Shown piece after piece: positions 1 through 8,508 of a stretch of DNA of 64,000 bases (positions are counted from its first letter, which is position 1; each line of letters starts with the position of its first letter). The notes under the pieces were generated by a model. It had not been told where the DNA came from, did no database searches, and was given only the letters and a program-made list of their open reading frames with translations. The position numbers were made by a program, and so were the translations under genes. Origin of the DNA: a virus; IMG/VR virus record IMGVR_UViG_3300009157_000002, positions 9,949 to 73,948 of that record; one strand, 5' to 3'.

Positions 1-5
1 GAGAA

Positions 6-260
6 GTGTTTAAGCTTCAGTTGGATCATTTTCCCGTTCCAGTAGATTGGTTTGCAAACCATGATTCTGTTTTAGAGATTAAAGAATCTCCTGATTCGAG
101 CTTTATAACTGTTAAAGCTTTGGAAGTAGGAGAAAGTTATATTATTGTTCAAGGAGCAGGTGGTGCATCCAATAAAATTTTTATCGTTGTATTAGAAGAT
201 AAAAAGGAAGATAAAGCCAAAACCCTTGATGTTACCTTCGGGAAACCTATACCGAAATAA
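6..260 (+). CDS. Hypothetical protein, Ig-like beta-rich fragment, probably 5'-truncated by the window
   Basis: Open frame from window start; pattern resembles a bacterial Ig-like domain (ITVKALEVGESYIIV); converges on the leftward operon. Confidence 0.45.
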   Translation: MFKLQLDHFPVPVDWFANHDSVLEIKESPDSSFITVKALEVGESYIIVQGAGGASNKIFIVVLEDKKEDKAKTLDVTFGKPIPK

Positions 261-273
261 CGCACCCTTTGTT

Positions 274-498
274 TTATTTAAACAATTCGCTCTGTGGGAA
301 CAAATTGTTTTTGCTATATAAAACAACCAGTGTTTTATTAACCTGATCACACCATACCTTATATGGGTGCATTGCTCTTTGCCCATAAGGATAAGCGTCT
401 CTTAATTTTTTACGCATGGTTTTTTCATCGCAACCTTTATTTTCTTTTATCACTTGCAGGATTACTTTTTTTGCATGATCTCTCCAGGTATGTCTCAT
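274..498 (-). CDS. Phage hypothetical protein
   Basis: 74 aa, abuts upstream gene; YPYGQRAMHPYKVW motif typical of a small phage family. Confidence 0.65.
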   Translation of the reverse strand: MRHTWRDHAKKVILQVIKENKGCDEKTMRKKLRDAYPYGQRAMHPYKVWCDQVNKTLVVLYSKNNLFPQSELFK

Positions 499-499
499 T

Positions 500-832
500 T
501 TATAAAAACTCTAAATGTTCAATATTAAATTCAAAGAACTCACATCCTTTATCTGTTTTAACTTTGCGTACTACTGCCTCGAATATATCCCGATCATTAA
601 AGCTGTACTTTTTCTGTAGAACATCTTGTAGCGGTTTTACGGGATTATCCCAATCGCTTAAAGAATGGCTAAAGCCAAACTTATAGGTAACCTTATAAGG
701 CGGTTCTGGCAATATTATTTTAGGCAATAAGAACAATAGATCTTTTTCATATTGTTTATATTTAGGAGTTTTAAATCGCTCACCCTGCCAAGCTTCGTTA
801 ACACTTAACGGTTTAATTTGTATTCTTATCAT
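500..832 (-). CDS. rusA: RusA-family Holliday junction resolvase
   Basis: KPLSVN N-terminus, SDWDNPVKPLQD and NDRDI acidic motifs (DxDN-x-K-x3-D). Confidence 0.8.
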   Translation of the reverse strand: MIRIQIKPLSVNEAWQGERFKTPKYKQYEKDLLFLLPKIILPEPPYKVTYKFGFSHSLSDWDNPVKPLQDVLQKKYSFNDRDIFEAVVRKVKTDKGCEFFEFNIEHLEFL

Positions 833-1209
833 CTCTTAAAGGCTCTTATCGGGTATAATAATTTATACTCTTCGATAAGCTCCTTTTCCAATGCAAAAAT
901 TTTATCCCACCTTTCCAGCCCGACCAGTTCCTCTTTGTGATTATCCCACATGTGATGTTCATCGGGTCTCATTAACTTAATATTTCTTTTATCGAGCCTC
1001 ATTTTAGGATACTGCGACTTTCGCAGAATATGAGCCATAAAAAAAACGCTCATTATATTTCCAAGGTTGGTTTTAGACACCTCTGATTTTCGCTCCCGTT
1101 CGTCCCATATTTCCCTGAAAACTTTTCCTTCGCCTGTAGCTTTCCTTACTCTTCTTATCGACCCTTTAATACGTTTTTCAGCAATTTTTTTCTCATCCGG
1201 CCTAAACAT
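829..1209 (-). CDS. HNH/NinG-like nuclease-fold protein
   Basis: AHILRK..YPKMRLDKRNI..EHHMWD pattern; next to RusA. Confidence 0.55.
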   Translation of the reverse strand: MFRPDEKKIAEKRIKGSIRRVRKATGEGKVFREIWDERERKSEVSKTNLGNIMSVFFMAHILRKSQYPKMRLDKRNIKLMRPDEHHMWDNHKEELVGLERWDKIFALEKELIEEYKLLYPIRAFKR

Positions 1210-1211
1210 TA

Positions 1212-1469
1212 TTATTTTTGTTTTTTTATTTTTTTCGCAAGTCCTCCTTTGCGACCAATTTCTGCCATGTGCGCACGGTCATTACTAACCGTTGTACCTC
1301 CCTTACGGCCAATCTCCGCCATGTGATCTGTATCGGCACTTACTTTAGTACCACCCTTTTTTCCAATCTCCGACATGTGTTTTTTATCCTGACTTATAGC
1401 CTTACCGCCCATTGTTGCTACTTTTTTTCTTGTTTCATCGGATGCTGATGCTAGTCCTCGTTTTGACAT
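1212..1469 (-). CDS. KGG-repeat general stress protein (YciG/GsiB/Con-10-like)
   Basis: RGLASAS start plus four repeats ending MGG, IGKKGG, IGRKGG, IGRKGG. Confidence 0.85.
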   Translation of the reverse strand: MSKRGLASASDETRKKVATMGGKAISQDKKHMSEIGKKGGTKVSADTDHMAEIGRKGGTTVSNDRAHMAEIGRKGGLAKKIKKQK

Positions 1470-1503
1470 ATTAGATTTAGATTTTAAAGTTTAGAATTGC
1501 GAC

Positions 1504-1833
1504 TTACTTATACTTATTAATATTGCCTGACATACTACTTATACTTCCGGAAACATCTCGGCAGCCTACACTTCCACTCATAGTTTGTATGGAACCTTTT
1601 ACATTTCCGTTTATCTCTATATCTCCGGACATGGTTTTTATGTTACCAACCTCGCCGGTTACATTTATTTTATTGCAATATTCAGCCTCGATCTTTTCAA
1701 TATTTCCTTCCACAGTAATATTGATTTCTTTAGCATCCGGGGTAACATCTTGTCCGTTTACAATAACTTTGTTATTGCTAATGGTAATGGTGTTACCGTT
1801 AAAATTCATTCCATTTATATTAAATTTCGACAT
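1504..1833 (-). CDS. Beta-helix repeat protein (DUF4097-like)
   Basis: Repeated TMSG/SMSG-DI/SV/NI motifs. Confidence 0.65.
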   Translation of the reverse strand: MSKFNINGMNFNGNTITISNNKVIVNGQDVTPDAKEINITVEGNIEKIEAEYCNKINVTGEVGNIKTMSGDIEINGNVKGSIQTMSGSVGCRDVSGSISSMSGNINKYK

Positions 1834-1845
1834 TTTAGATAATTT

Positions 1846-2214
1846 TTATTTTGGCCCAACCAATATAGTTGGAGGAAGTGGTAAGATTATGCCTATGGGT
1901 CTCCATAGATGCAAGACAAATGGGTGACAGTTTACGTATTGAGATTTTGGAGGATGGTATTGTATAACCGTATCTTCCTCTTCCCAGAATAAACTTTTTA
2001 TAAAACACATTTCAGCCCAGGTAGGTGTTCGTTTAGTGTTTCCTTTAGTGTGATGGGCATGAACACTTACGTGCTCCCAGCCTCTGCCATCGGATGCAAT
2101 TATAATAAACTGAACATCGTTTTGCGGAACGATAAAACCTCCAAAGTTTCCTGCGTTTGCAGGCGAAGCCATTGGACCATCTTTTATTCGGTATTGTTCG
2201 GGAACTTTAAACAT
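1846..2214 (-). CDS. Conserved phage hypothetical protein
   Basis: GWEHVSV, RTPTWAEMCFIKSLFW and YVNCHPFVLHLWRP motifs. Confidence 0.8.
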   Translation of the reverse strand: MFKVPEQYRIKDGPMASPANAGNFGGFIVPQNDVQFIIIASDGRGWEHVSVHAHHTKGNTKRTPTWAEMCFIKSLFWEEEDTVIQYHPPKSQYVNCHPFVLHLWRPIGIILPLPPTILVGPK

Positions 2215-2231
2215 TTTATATATTTTAGTTT

Positions 2232-3464
2232 TTATTCAAATAAATTTATTTGCGTGTTTGGTGCTTTAGCCCTGCAAGCTGCAATCCTGGCCTCACTTAT
2301 TTTACAATACTCTTGTTCTTTTTCTATCAGTACATAGTTAAACCCTTCTTCCTCACAAGCAATCCCTGTTGTACCACTCCCGGCAAAAGGATCCAGACAT
2401 ATACCGCCTGGAGGTGTAACAAGTCTTACCAGGTATCGCATAAGACTTACTGGCTTAACCGTTGGATGATGATTTGCAACTTCTCTGGATCTATTCTCCG
2501 GATTTCTATTATTGTGAATTAACCCTTCATCGGTATGAATACCATAGCTTGCGTGTTTATTGTCTTTTAACTCAAATCCTTCAAGTCCTTTATTCCTTTC
2601 GCTTTGTGATGCTTTGGCGCAATAAAAAAAACGTGAAGCTCCTACCTTGCCGCTTTGTTCATCTAACATTTTTGAAGCTTCTTCATTAAAAATTATATTG
2701 GCTGGAAAACGGCCATCTTTACTTAAAACCTGAACCTTATCTGCTTCATGGTCTTGCATGCCCCAACCATCATTAACCTCTCTTACGTTTCTGTTAATAA
2801 CTCTTAGGTCTTTTTCGTCTTGTTTTTGCAGGTCAATCCTACACCCATCAATATTAATCCCTCCAACACCCCATTTTAAAAAATTATCTGCTACTGTTCC
2901 TTCTATTGGTTTTCTTGCTACACATATAGGCTCGTTGGCTGGCTTTAAGGAGGTACCCCAGCCAGCCCATTGTTTTGCTTTGTTGCAAAGGGGAATGTCT
3001 TGAGGTCTTGGACATTTACATGGATTACTAGAGCCAAACCATTTTCCACAACTCAAACACTTCTGATTTCCTGTTATACCAATCTTTCTATCTAGGCCCT
3101 CAAAATTATTATCCCTTTCTGCCCCTGCCTCCTTATCAAGCGCCTTACTAACATCTAAGCTTTTAGGAAAGCCACTTCCATAAATCCATTGCATCTGATC
3201 TCTGATCTCAAAACCTGCATCTTCAATATTCACTACCATTCTATGATAGGTCCTGGTTCCTCCAAAACTTAAAACATGACCACCTGGCTTTAACACACGA
3301 AACACCTCTTTCCAAAATTCAATACTAGGTACTTGATGGTCCCACTTCTTACCCATAAACGTCAACCCATACGGAGGATCTGTTACCACTGAATCGAAAT
3401 AATTATCGGGGTAAGCTTTTAACACATCCATGTTGTTTCCTTCAGTAATGGTTTGTGTACTCAC
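2232..3464 (-). CDS. DNA N6-A/N4-C methyltransferase (beta class)
   Basis: TDPPY motif IV near the N-terminus; HPTVKP and LDPFAGSGTT motif I at the C-terminus; likely GTG start at 3464 in a GTGA overlap with the upstream stop. Confidence 0.9.
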   Translation of the reverse strand: MSTQTITEGNNMDVLKAYPDNYFDSVVTDPPYGLTFMGKKWDHQVPSIEFWKEVFRVLKPGGHVLSFGGTRTYHRMVVNIEDAGFEIRDQMQWIYGSGFPKSLDVSKALDKEAGAERDNNFEGLDRKIGITGNQKCLSCGKWFGSSNPCKCPRPQDIPLCNKAKQWAGWGTSLKPANEPICVARKPIEGTVADNFLKWGVGGINIDGCRIDLQKQDEKDLRVINRNVREVNDGWGMQDHEADKVQVLSKDGRFPANIIFNEEASKMLDEQSGKVGASRFFYCAKASQSERNKGLEGFELKDNKHASYGIHTDEGLIHNNRNPENRSREVANHHPTVKPVSLMRYLVRLVTPPGGICLDPFAGSGTTGIACEEEGFNYVLIEKEQEYCKISEARIAACRAKAPNTQINLFE

Positions 3465-4303
3465 GTGCTTTGTTTTTCTTTGATCAGTTCTTCGATACTT
3501 ACTTCCATATCCTTGCAATCGATTTGAAATTGTTTCAATGCTAATCTTTTGGCATCGCATACGATCATCGCTTCTGTCTTAGGATCGTCACCAGACAGAA
3601 TTTTTTTTGTGGTGTGGGCGAAGTCGATAGATTGTTGATAGTTTTCTGCGCGTTCGCTGGCGTACTGCACCTTTAAAAGGTGCCTGGCATGACCCATAAA
3701 TTGTTTTTTAATTTCGCTGGTGAACGTTATCAGCCCTAGAGAATCCAGGTAGTCGTAAATAATATTACCGTAATCGAAAAATTTATACGTATCGGAAGTT
3801 ACGAACAAATTGTGCGATTCGATAAAATTTTTAATGCAATCATTCTTGGCTTTTTGCTTTTCCTCTTCGGTTGGTCCTTTTGATTCTTCCAGTAGCATAT
3901 ATTTTTTATATTCGGACATAGCGGTGGGTTTTTTAGCCAGAAACACCGTAATGCCCCTGTAAATTTCTTTTACACTTAAACCATGAAACTCCCCAAGCTG
4001 GCCTCTTACCAGCATCCTTATGGACATGGAAAGCTCTTCCAATGACATAAATGAGAAATCACAAAACACATCATTGATCACTCTGGTCATAAGGATTTCT
4101 AAATCGGGCCTCTGCAAGTTAGAGCCACAATCAATATGCGCTGCATTGATCATTTCCTTAATCCGATCTCCGGCAAAGCCTTTTCTGTGTGAGTTTATTT
4201 TACGTTGCATTGCAGCCCAAACAATCTGTCTGCTTTCCTCTTTCATCAAACAGTTTTCGGGAAGCGGGAGTTTTGAATCGTGGTATAGTTGCAGGCCAGT
4301 CAT
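3461..4303 (-). CDS. Replication-associated protein (helicase-loader position)
   Basis: 280 aa, ATGA-coupled directly downstream of the initiator; function from synteny only. Confidence 0.5.
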   Translation of the reverse strand: MTGLQLYHDSKLPLPENCLMKEESRQIVWAAMQRKINSHRKGFAGDRIKEMINAAHIDCGSNLQRPDLEILMTRVINDVFCDFSFMSLEELSMSIRMLVRGQLGEFHGLSVKEIYRGITVFLAKKPTAMSEYKKYMLLEESKGPTEEEKQKAKNDCIKNFIESHNLFVTSDTYKFFDYGNIIYDYLDSLGLITFTSEIKKQFMGHARHLLKVQYASERAENYQQSIDFAHTTKKILSGDDPKTEAMIVCDAKRLALKQFQIDCKDMEVSIEELIKEKQST

Positions 4304-5025
4304 TTTTTACCTAATTTTTCGTAGTCAATTTTTATTTCCTGATTCGCCTCGATCAACTTTTCAATTTTAGATTTGTTTTTATCCTCCGGATAGAATTTTT
4401 TATCGTTTCGCTTCCAAGTAACAAGCCGTCCGGCAATCTGGAATGTGCCCCCCTTTTTTTTGGCAATTTCCCATTTCATTTCATTTCCATTATTTTCGAT
4501 CCAATGCCGGATAAAATCATTAAGCATTTCACGCGGGTACTGGTCCGAAAATTTTTCCACTTCCGAACAAAAAAAATCTGATCTTTCTTGTATCGTTTCC
4601 TCTTTATTATTTACTTTACTTATCTTATCTTTACTTATCTTATCTTTAGAGGCGTTACGAACGTGTTCGTAACGCGTTACATTTTTTTCATTTCTCTGAC
4701 ATTCACGCCATTGCCGAATACGATCATTGTTTTTTTCATTTTTTATGTGGTACTTTTCACTAAACTTTAGCAATTGTTCGTTGAAAGTTTCACCATTGTT
4801 TGACGAAATAAGTTCGATTTGTTCCATAAACTTCCAACATTTTTCAAGCTTTTTTCCGACTTTTAATTGTGATTTTAGTACCACCGTTTTAATCGGTTTT
4901 TCCTGTAATGCAACTTTTTCCAACAGCGTATAAAACAACCCTAATCCTTCGTAACCAAATTCTAAAAACAGCTCTGCTATTTTCTCGTCCTGAAAGGATG
5001 TAGTACTGTGGAGGTAATACTTCAT
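4300..5025 (-). CDS. Phage replication initiator (DUF4373/Lin1244-like N-terminal wHTH)
   Basis: YYLHS..QDEKI..FGYEGLGLFYTLLE N-terminus, low-complexity linker with iterons, DnaB_2-like C-terminus (FIRHW..RLVTW). Confidence 0.75.
   Translation of the reverse strand: MKYYLHSTTSFQDEKIAELFLEFGYEGLGLFYTLLEKVALQEKPIKTVVLKSQLKVGKKLEKCWKFMEQIELISSNNGETFNEQLLKFSEKYHIKNEKNNDRIRQWRECQRNEKNVTRYEHVRNASKDKISKDKISKVNNKEETIQERSDFFCSEVEKFSDQYPREMLNDFIRHWIENNGNEMKWEIAKKKGGTFQIAGRLVTWKRNDKKFYPEDKNKSKIEKLIEANQEIKIDYEKLGKK
4605..4681. repeat. Probable replication origin inside the initiator gene
   Basis: Tandem TTTACTTATCTTATC x2; 11-bp inverted repeat GCGTTACGAAC-gt-GTTCGTAACGC (4652-4675); overlapping GTAACGCGTTAC palindrome. 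Confidence 0.55.
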
Positions 5026-5669
5026 AATCTACTACGCTCCTTATTTATGCTAAACTTAACCACCCATAACCAGGGATTTTTTTTTAAACTTTCACTTCCA
5101 TTTATGTCAATCCAAATATTAAAAAATCCTTCCCGGTAACTCACTTCAGAAATTTTACCAAAACCCAATAAACCGCCCAATGAAACCCCTTCGGCCATTG
5201 CGCTTTCTTCGGTAAGATCATGCAATCGTTCTACACTAATTTCGTTTACTGTAAGCCATAGTCGGGAATGTTCTTTTTTAAGATGGATAGAAGGTTTCCA
5301 TTTAACCCCTCCCATTATCAGATCAATAGCCAATGTCAGATCTGATCTTTCAGCATAATAGATAATACCATCTGTGCTGGGCGAAAACGGTAAAATATTA
5401 GCCCAGCTTTCCCGTACATAAAGGAGATCTCCTGGACTGCCATACGGACATTTAATGGTAAACATTTTATCATCATTTTTATTACGAAACACAGCACAGG
5501 AGCGACCAATATCAATCGTATCAACCTCTCGCGCGCACAACGCAAGCTCCCATTGATCCGGGTTTAGATTTATCATCTGTAAACCCGCAAGTCTCCTGGT
5601 CTGTGTTTTTATTTCTTTACAGATTGCCTGCACCATTTCTGTTTGGAAGAGTATCGGGTATTCTTTCAT
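5022..5669 (-). CDS. ASCH/PUA-like phage protein
   Basis: PILFQTEMVQAI..KTQTRR, CPYG..GDLLYVRESW, WKPSIHL, NPWLWVVKF. Confidence 0.8.
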   Translation of the reverse strand: MKEYPILFQTEMVQAICKEIKTQTRRLAGLQMINLNPDQWELALCAREVDTIDIGRSCAVFRNKNDDKMFTIKCPYGSPGDLLYVRESWANILPFSPSTDGIIYYAERSDLTLAIDLIMGGVKWKPSIHLKKEHSRLWLTVNEISVERLHDLTEESAMAEGVSLGGLLGFGKISEVSYREGFFNIWIDINGSESLKKNPWLWVVKFSINKERSRL

Positions 5670-5679
5670 TTTTATTTAT

Positions 5680-5848
5680 TTGTTAATCCCTTTCGGGAGC
5701 CGTCTTTCCGTGCTGTCATTAGGTGTACCTAAAATCATAAGCTCTATATGTGGGGTTTTAGAGCCTCTTTAAACCTCGGCCTCCACTAGCCGCCGCTTCC
5801 TGGTGTTTCCACTTCTGCGGGCTTTCGCATTACATCGCTTAGGGGTTG
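5680..5848 (-). ncRNA. GNRA-hairpin-rich structured RNA segment 3' of the tRNA-like element
   Basis: GC-GAAA-GC, GTG-GAAA-CAC, TCCC-GAAA-GGGA, CCGC/GCGG, CGGC/GCCG and GCTCTA/TAGAGC stems in an AT-rich genome. Confidence 0.45.
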
Positions 5849-6040
5849 TTCCGGTGGCAGGGTTCGAACCTGCATGATTGAGTTTTATCCGGGATCCCGC
5901 CTTTAAGACTTCGGACACTTTGCGCTTGCACCGTCCACCGTTTGGCCTACCAACTCTGCGCCTAATGCGAGTTGCTCAATCTATCCGATAAGCGTCTACA
6001 ATGAGATTGGTGCCCAGCCAATCCCTTCCGCCACACCGGA
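5849..6040 (-). ncRNA. tRNA-like RNA (tRNA-Leu-type acceptor, D and T arms; anticodon arm replaced by a large domain)
   Basis: Acceptor TCCGGTG/CACCGGA; TGGCGGAA..GTAGACGC D arm; GCAGG-TTCGAAC-CCTGC T arm; 192 nt. Confidence 0.7.
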
Positions 6041-6045
6041 AATTT

Positions 6046-6756
6046 TTAATGTTCGATCACTACTAAATCATCCTCAAAAAGGGTTACTTCTGCATCGATC
6101 AGTTTTCCACCTTCGGTAACGATTAACTCTTCGAGCTCCTGGCTTTCTAAATAAACACGGATGGTTGAATCGGTAGCATCCGTACCTATTTCAATCCGAA
6201 AGGTGCAAGCTGGTTGTCCTACAAAAATTGGCATAGTAAGCACGAACTCTAGTTGGATATTGGAGGTAACTTTTTTATCAATAAGCTTCCTTTCGTTTCC
6301 TTTGATGTCCTGCTTCTGTTCTAAATCAGTTTCAACTTTAGCGGTCATGGTATTAAGCGCGGTAACCACATCCATATTTTGCTCTTTTTTCGCAAAAAGA
6401 TGTTTCCGCATCTTTAAAAACTGTGCAAGATCTTTTGGAGTGCGGTATGTTTTGGTGTTCACCGAAAAGTCTACCAGGTCCGGGTTAATAATTAGCCTTC
6501 CGGTAATGGTATCGCAGAAGTAATCCCTTTCGTTAATATTTAAAATGATCTCCCTGGTTTTTTTGGAAAAGGTTACATGCGCCTTTTGTTTATCAATAAG
6601 TTCATGCCTTTTGTTATAAAATGCGCTAGGGCTGGTAATAGAGCCAACAATATTCAACGGAATTGGCTCACGAACAGGCAAAGCCACACCATGTCGAATA
6701 ACAACCTCGTTGGTGTCCGGATATAAATTGAGATTAAGTTTTTCCTGATTTTCCAT
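6046..6756 (-). CDS. Conserved phage protein (DUF2303-like)
   Basis: 236 aa; FVLTMPIFVG C-terminal pattern; paired with the upstream 142-aa gene. Confidence 0.6.
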   Translation of the reverse strand: MENQEKLNLNLYPDTNEVVIRHGVALPVREPIPLNIVGSITSPSAFYNKRHELIDKQKAHVTFSKKTREIILNINERDYFCDTITGRLIINPDLVDFSVNTKTYRTPKDLAQFLKMRKHLFAKKEQNMDVVTALNTMTAKVETDLEQKQDIKGNERKLIDKKVTSNIQLEFVLTMPIFVGQPACTFRIEIGTDATDSTIRVYLESQELEELIVTEGGKLIDAEVTLFEDDLVVIEH

Positions 6757-6783
6757 ATATAAATAATTAAACTGGTTAAATGA

Positions 6784-7212
6784 TTAAGCTGTTTTAGACT
6801 GATCGATAGAAAACACCCTGGCTTGTCCGGTGCGTTCATGCGGAAGTAATGGCCGGCTTTGTATTTCTATTCCGTTACGATCATAGTAGATCATTTTACG
6901 ATTTTCCTGATCATCGAACAGGTACACTTCGCCTTCTTCCTCTTCGTACTTACGCTTAATTCGAGTGTGAATACCTTTCGCCTCTGTTTGCAGCTCTTTA
7001 ATCTCTGCTTTAAAGGGGGCTGCTGCTTCCTGTAGCAGATCTTCTTTTTCTGAAATTACGATTGACTTATCGGCGAACTCAATCTTAAAAGTTTGGATTT
7101 CCTCTTCGGTAAACGGTCTGCGGATCTTCATCACTTCTTTTTTAAAGCAATTTGTTTCCAGTAATTGCAGGCGTTCTTCCGGTGACTCCTGTGGTCTGAA
7201 TTGATTTTCCAT
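6784..7212 (-). CDS. Conserved Bacteroidota phage protein
   Basis: Coiled coil followed by YYDRNG..SRPLLPHE motif. Confidence 0.65.
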   Translation of the reverse strand: MENQFRPQESPEERLQLLETNCFKKEVMKIRRPFTEEEIQTFKIEFADKSIVISEKEDLLQEAAAPFKAEIKELQTEAKGIHTRIKRKYEEEEGEVYLFDDQENRKMIYYDRNGIEIQSRPLLPHERTGQARVFSIDQSKTA

Positions 7213-7236
7213 AGATTAAAATTTAATTGTTAGTAA

Positions 7237-7590
7237 TTAGTTAACTGGACCCTTTGTGGTAGTTTGTGTTTTTATTTCTTTTTGATCATTCATAATACTC
7301 ATTAGTATTGTTTCTTTTAACCTTGAAACCATATCATTCTTCTCTATTTGATTAACTACTCTATAAAGTGTATAAAAAATAAAGGCGGCTTCTCGTTGGT
7401 TTTGTAAAACAAAACCATTTTGTTCCATTAAGGTTAAAGCATAGAGTTGGTTTGTACCAGATTTATCCAACGCCTCTTCCATTGAAGCAGAAAGCATTTG
7501 GAGAATATCATCTACTCTTTCTTTAACTATGCCAAAGGCTTCGAACATATCGTCTGTGTGAACATCTTTGATGTATTCGGTAAGTTTCAT
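7237..7590 (-). CDS. Hypothetical protein
   Basis: 117-aa ORF within the operon, A-rich leader. Confidence 0.6.
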   Translation of the reverse strand: MKLTEYIKDVHTDDMFEAFGIVKERVDDILQMLSASMEEALDKSGTNQLYALTLMEQNGFVLQNQREAAFIFYTLYRVVNQIEKNDMVSRLKETILMSIMNDQKEIKTQTTTKGPVN

Positions 7591-7629
7591 GTGTTATTCG
7601 TTTTTAATTTGTTTAACAATTGATTGAGT

Positions 7630-8499
7630 TTAGCTTGCCTCTTCGAATGTTGTTTCTTCTCCAAAAGTGTCTGCTATCGATTTTTTATTTTTGGGGATAG
7701 TTTCAAACCCCTCATTATTATTTTCAATTTCTAGCACGGCAGAAAGCTTTTCGTTTTTATCGGCGCTTCCGGAAACAAGTGTTTTAAAATCTTTTTTGAT
7801 CTTTGTTTTGCAGATCATTTCTTCCCGCCAATTTTTCCAGGGACTAAAAGAACTCGTTGCTGACTGGCTACTTTTTTCTGCTTTTAGTATCTGCCAGTAA
7901 GGAGTAAATTGAGTATAGATAACCGTGTTATCCATTAAAAGAACCTGACTATAAACTCCCTTATACTCACGCTTCTTTTGCTCCTCTTCGGTTTTAGCAT
8001 AAATCTTAATATGATTAGGAGCCAGAACAGGAGAATTTGATTCTTCAAAAACCTCGTCCTCGTACACAATGATTGCCTGAATGTCTTTAAGACAGCCGTA
8101 ATCTTTAAGAATCTTAACTAAGCCTTTATAGTCAAAATCAAGAATACATTCAGTAATGTATTGTTCACCGATCTTCTTTTTTCGCGGGATAAGATGAGCT
8201 AGTTTCATAATTGGGTTAAGCGTAATTCCTGTGCGCGCTACGTTAACCACTGCGTTTACAATACTGTCAAGAGTACATTTTTGTAAGTCCTGACTTTGTT
8301 GAATTAGCTGGCTTGCAAATCCCATTTCAACTTTAGTTCGTTCTGGATTTATTGCTAAGAATTTATTTTCAGCCTTGATTAATGCGTTTTGCCAAGGCTT
8401 ATAATTCTTTGCAACTTGTTCAGTAACTTTTGGTTCTTCCGGCTTGGCAGGAACATTCCCGCTATTATCGGTCAGCGATAATTGTTTTTTTTCAGTCAT
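7630..8499 (-). CDS. recT: RecT-family single-strand annealing protein
   Basis: LQKCTLDSIVNAV..GITLNP..AHLIP..DYKGL..PWKNWREEMICKT. Confidence 0.85.
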   Translation of the reverse strand: MTEKKQLSLTDNSGNVPAKPEEPKVTEQVAKNYKPWQNALIKAENKFLAINPERTKVEMGFASQLIQQSQDLQKCTLDSIVNAVVNVARTGITLNPIMKLAHLIPRKKKIGEQYITECILDFDYKGLVKILKDYGCLKDIQAIIVYEDEVFEESNSPVLAPNHIKIYAKTEEEQKKREYKGVYSQVLLMDNTVIYTQFTPYWQILKAEKSSQSATSSFSPWKNWREEMICKTKIKKDFKTLVSGSADKNEKLSAVLEIENNNEGFETIPKNKKSIADTFGEETTFEEAS

Positions 8500-8508
8500 A
8501 AGTTTTGA

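Noticed and set aside
3465-3560. N-terminal extension of the MTase given in the ORF track
   Set aside because: It overlaps the upstream gene; the GTGA coupling at 3464 is the more plausible start. Similar over-extensions were trimmed at 10713, 16498, 17821, 20397, 38139, 42114, 42248 and 47930.
5849-6040. Functional tRNA-Leu, tmRNA, or tRNA with a group I intron
   Set aside because: No anticodon stem flanks the insert, no group I core is recognisable, there is no alanine G3-U70 identity or tag ORF, and it is too short for tmRNA.
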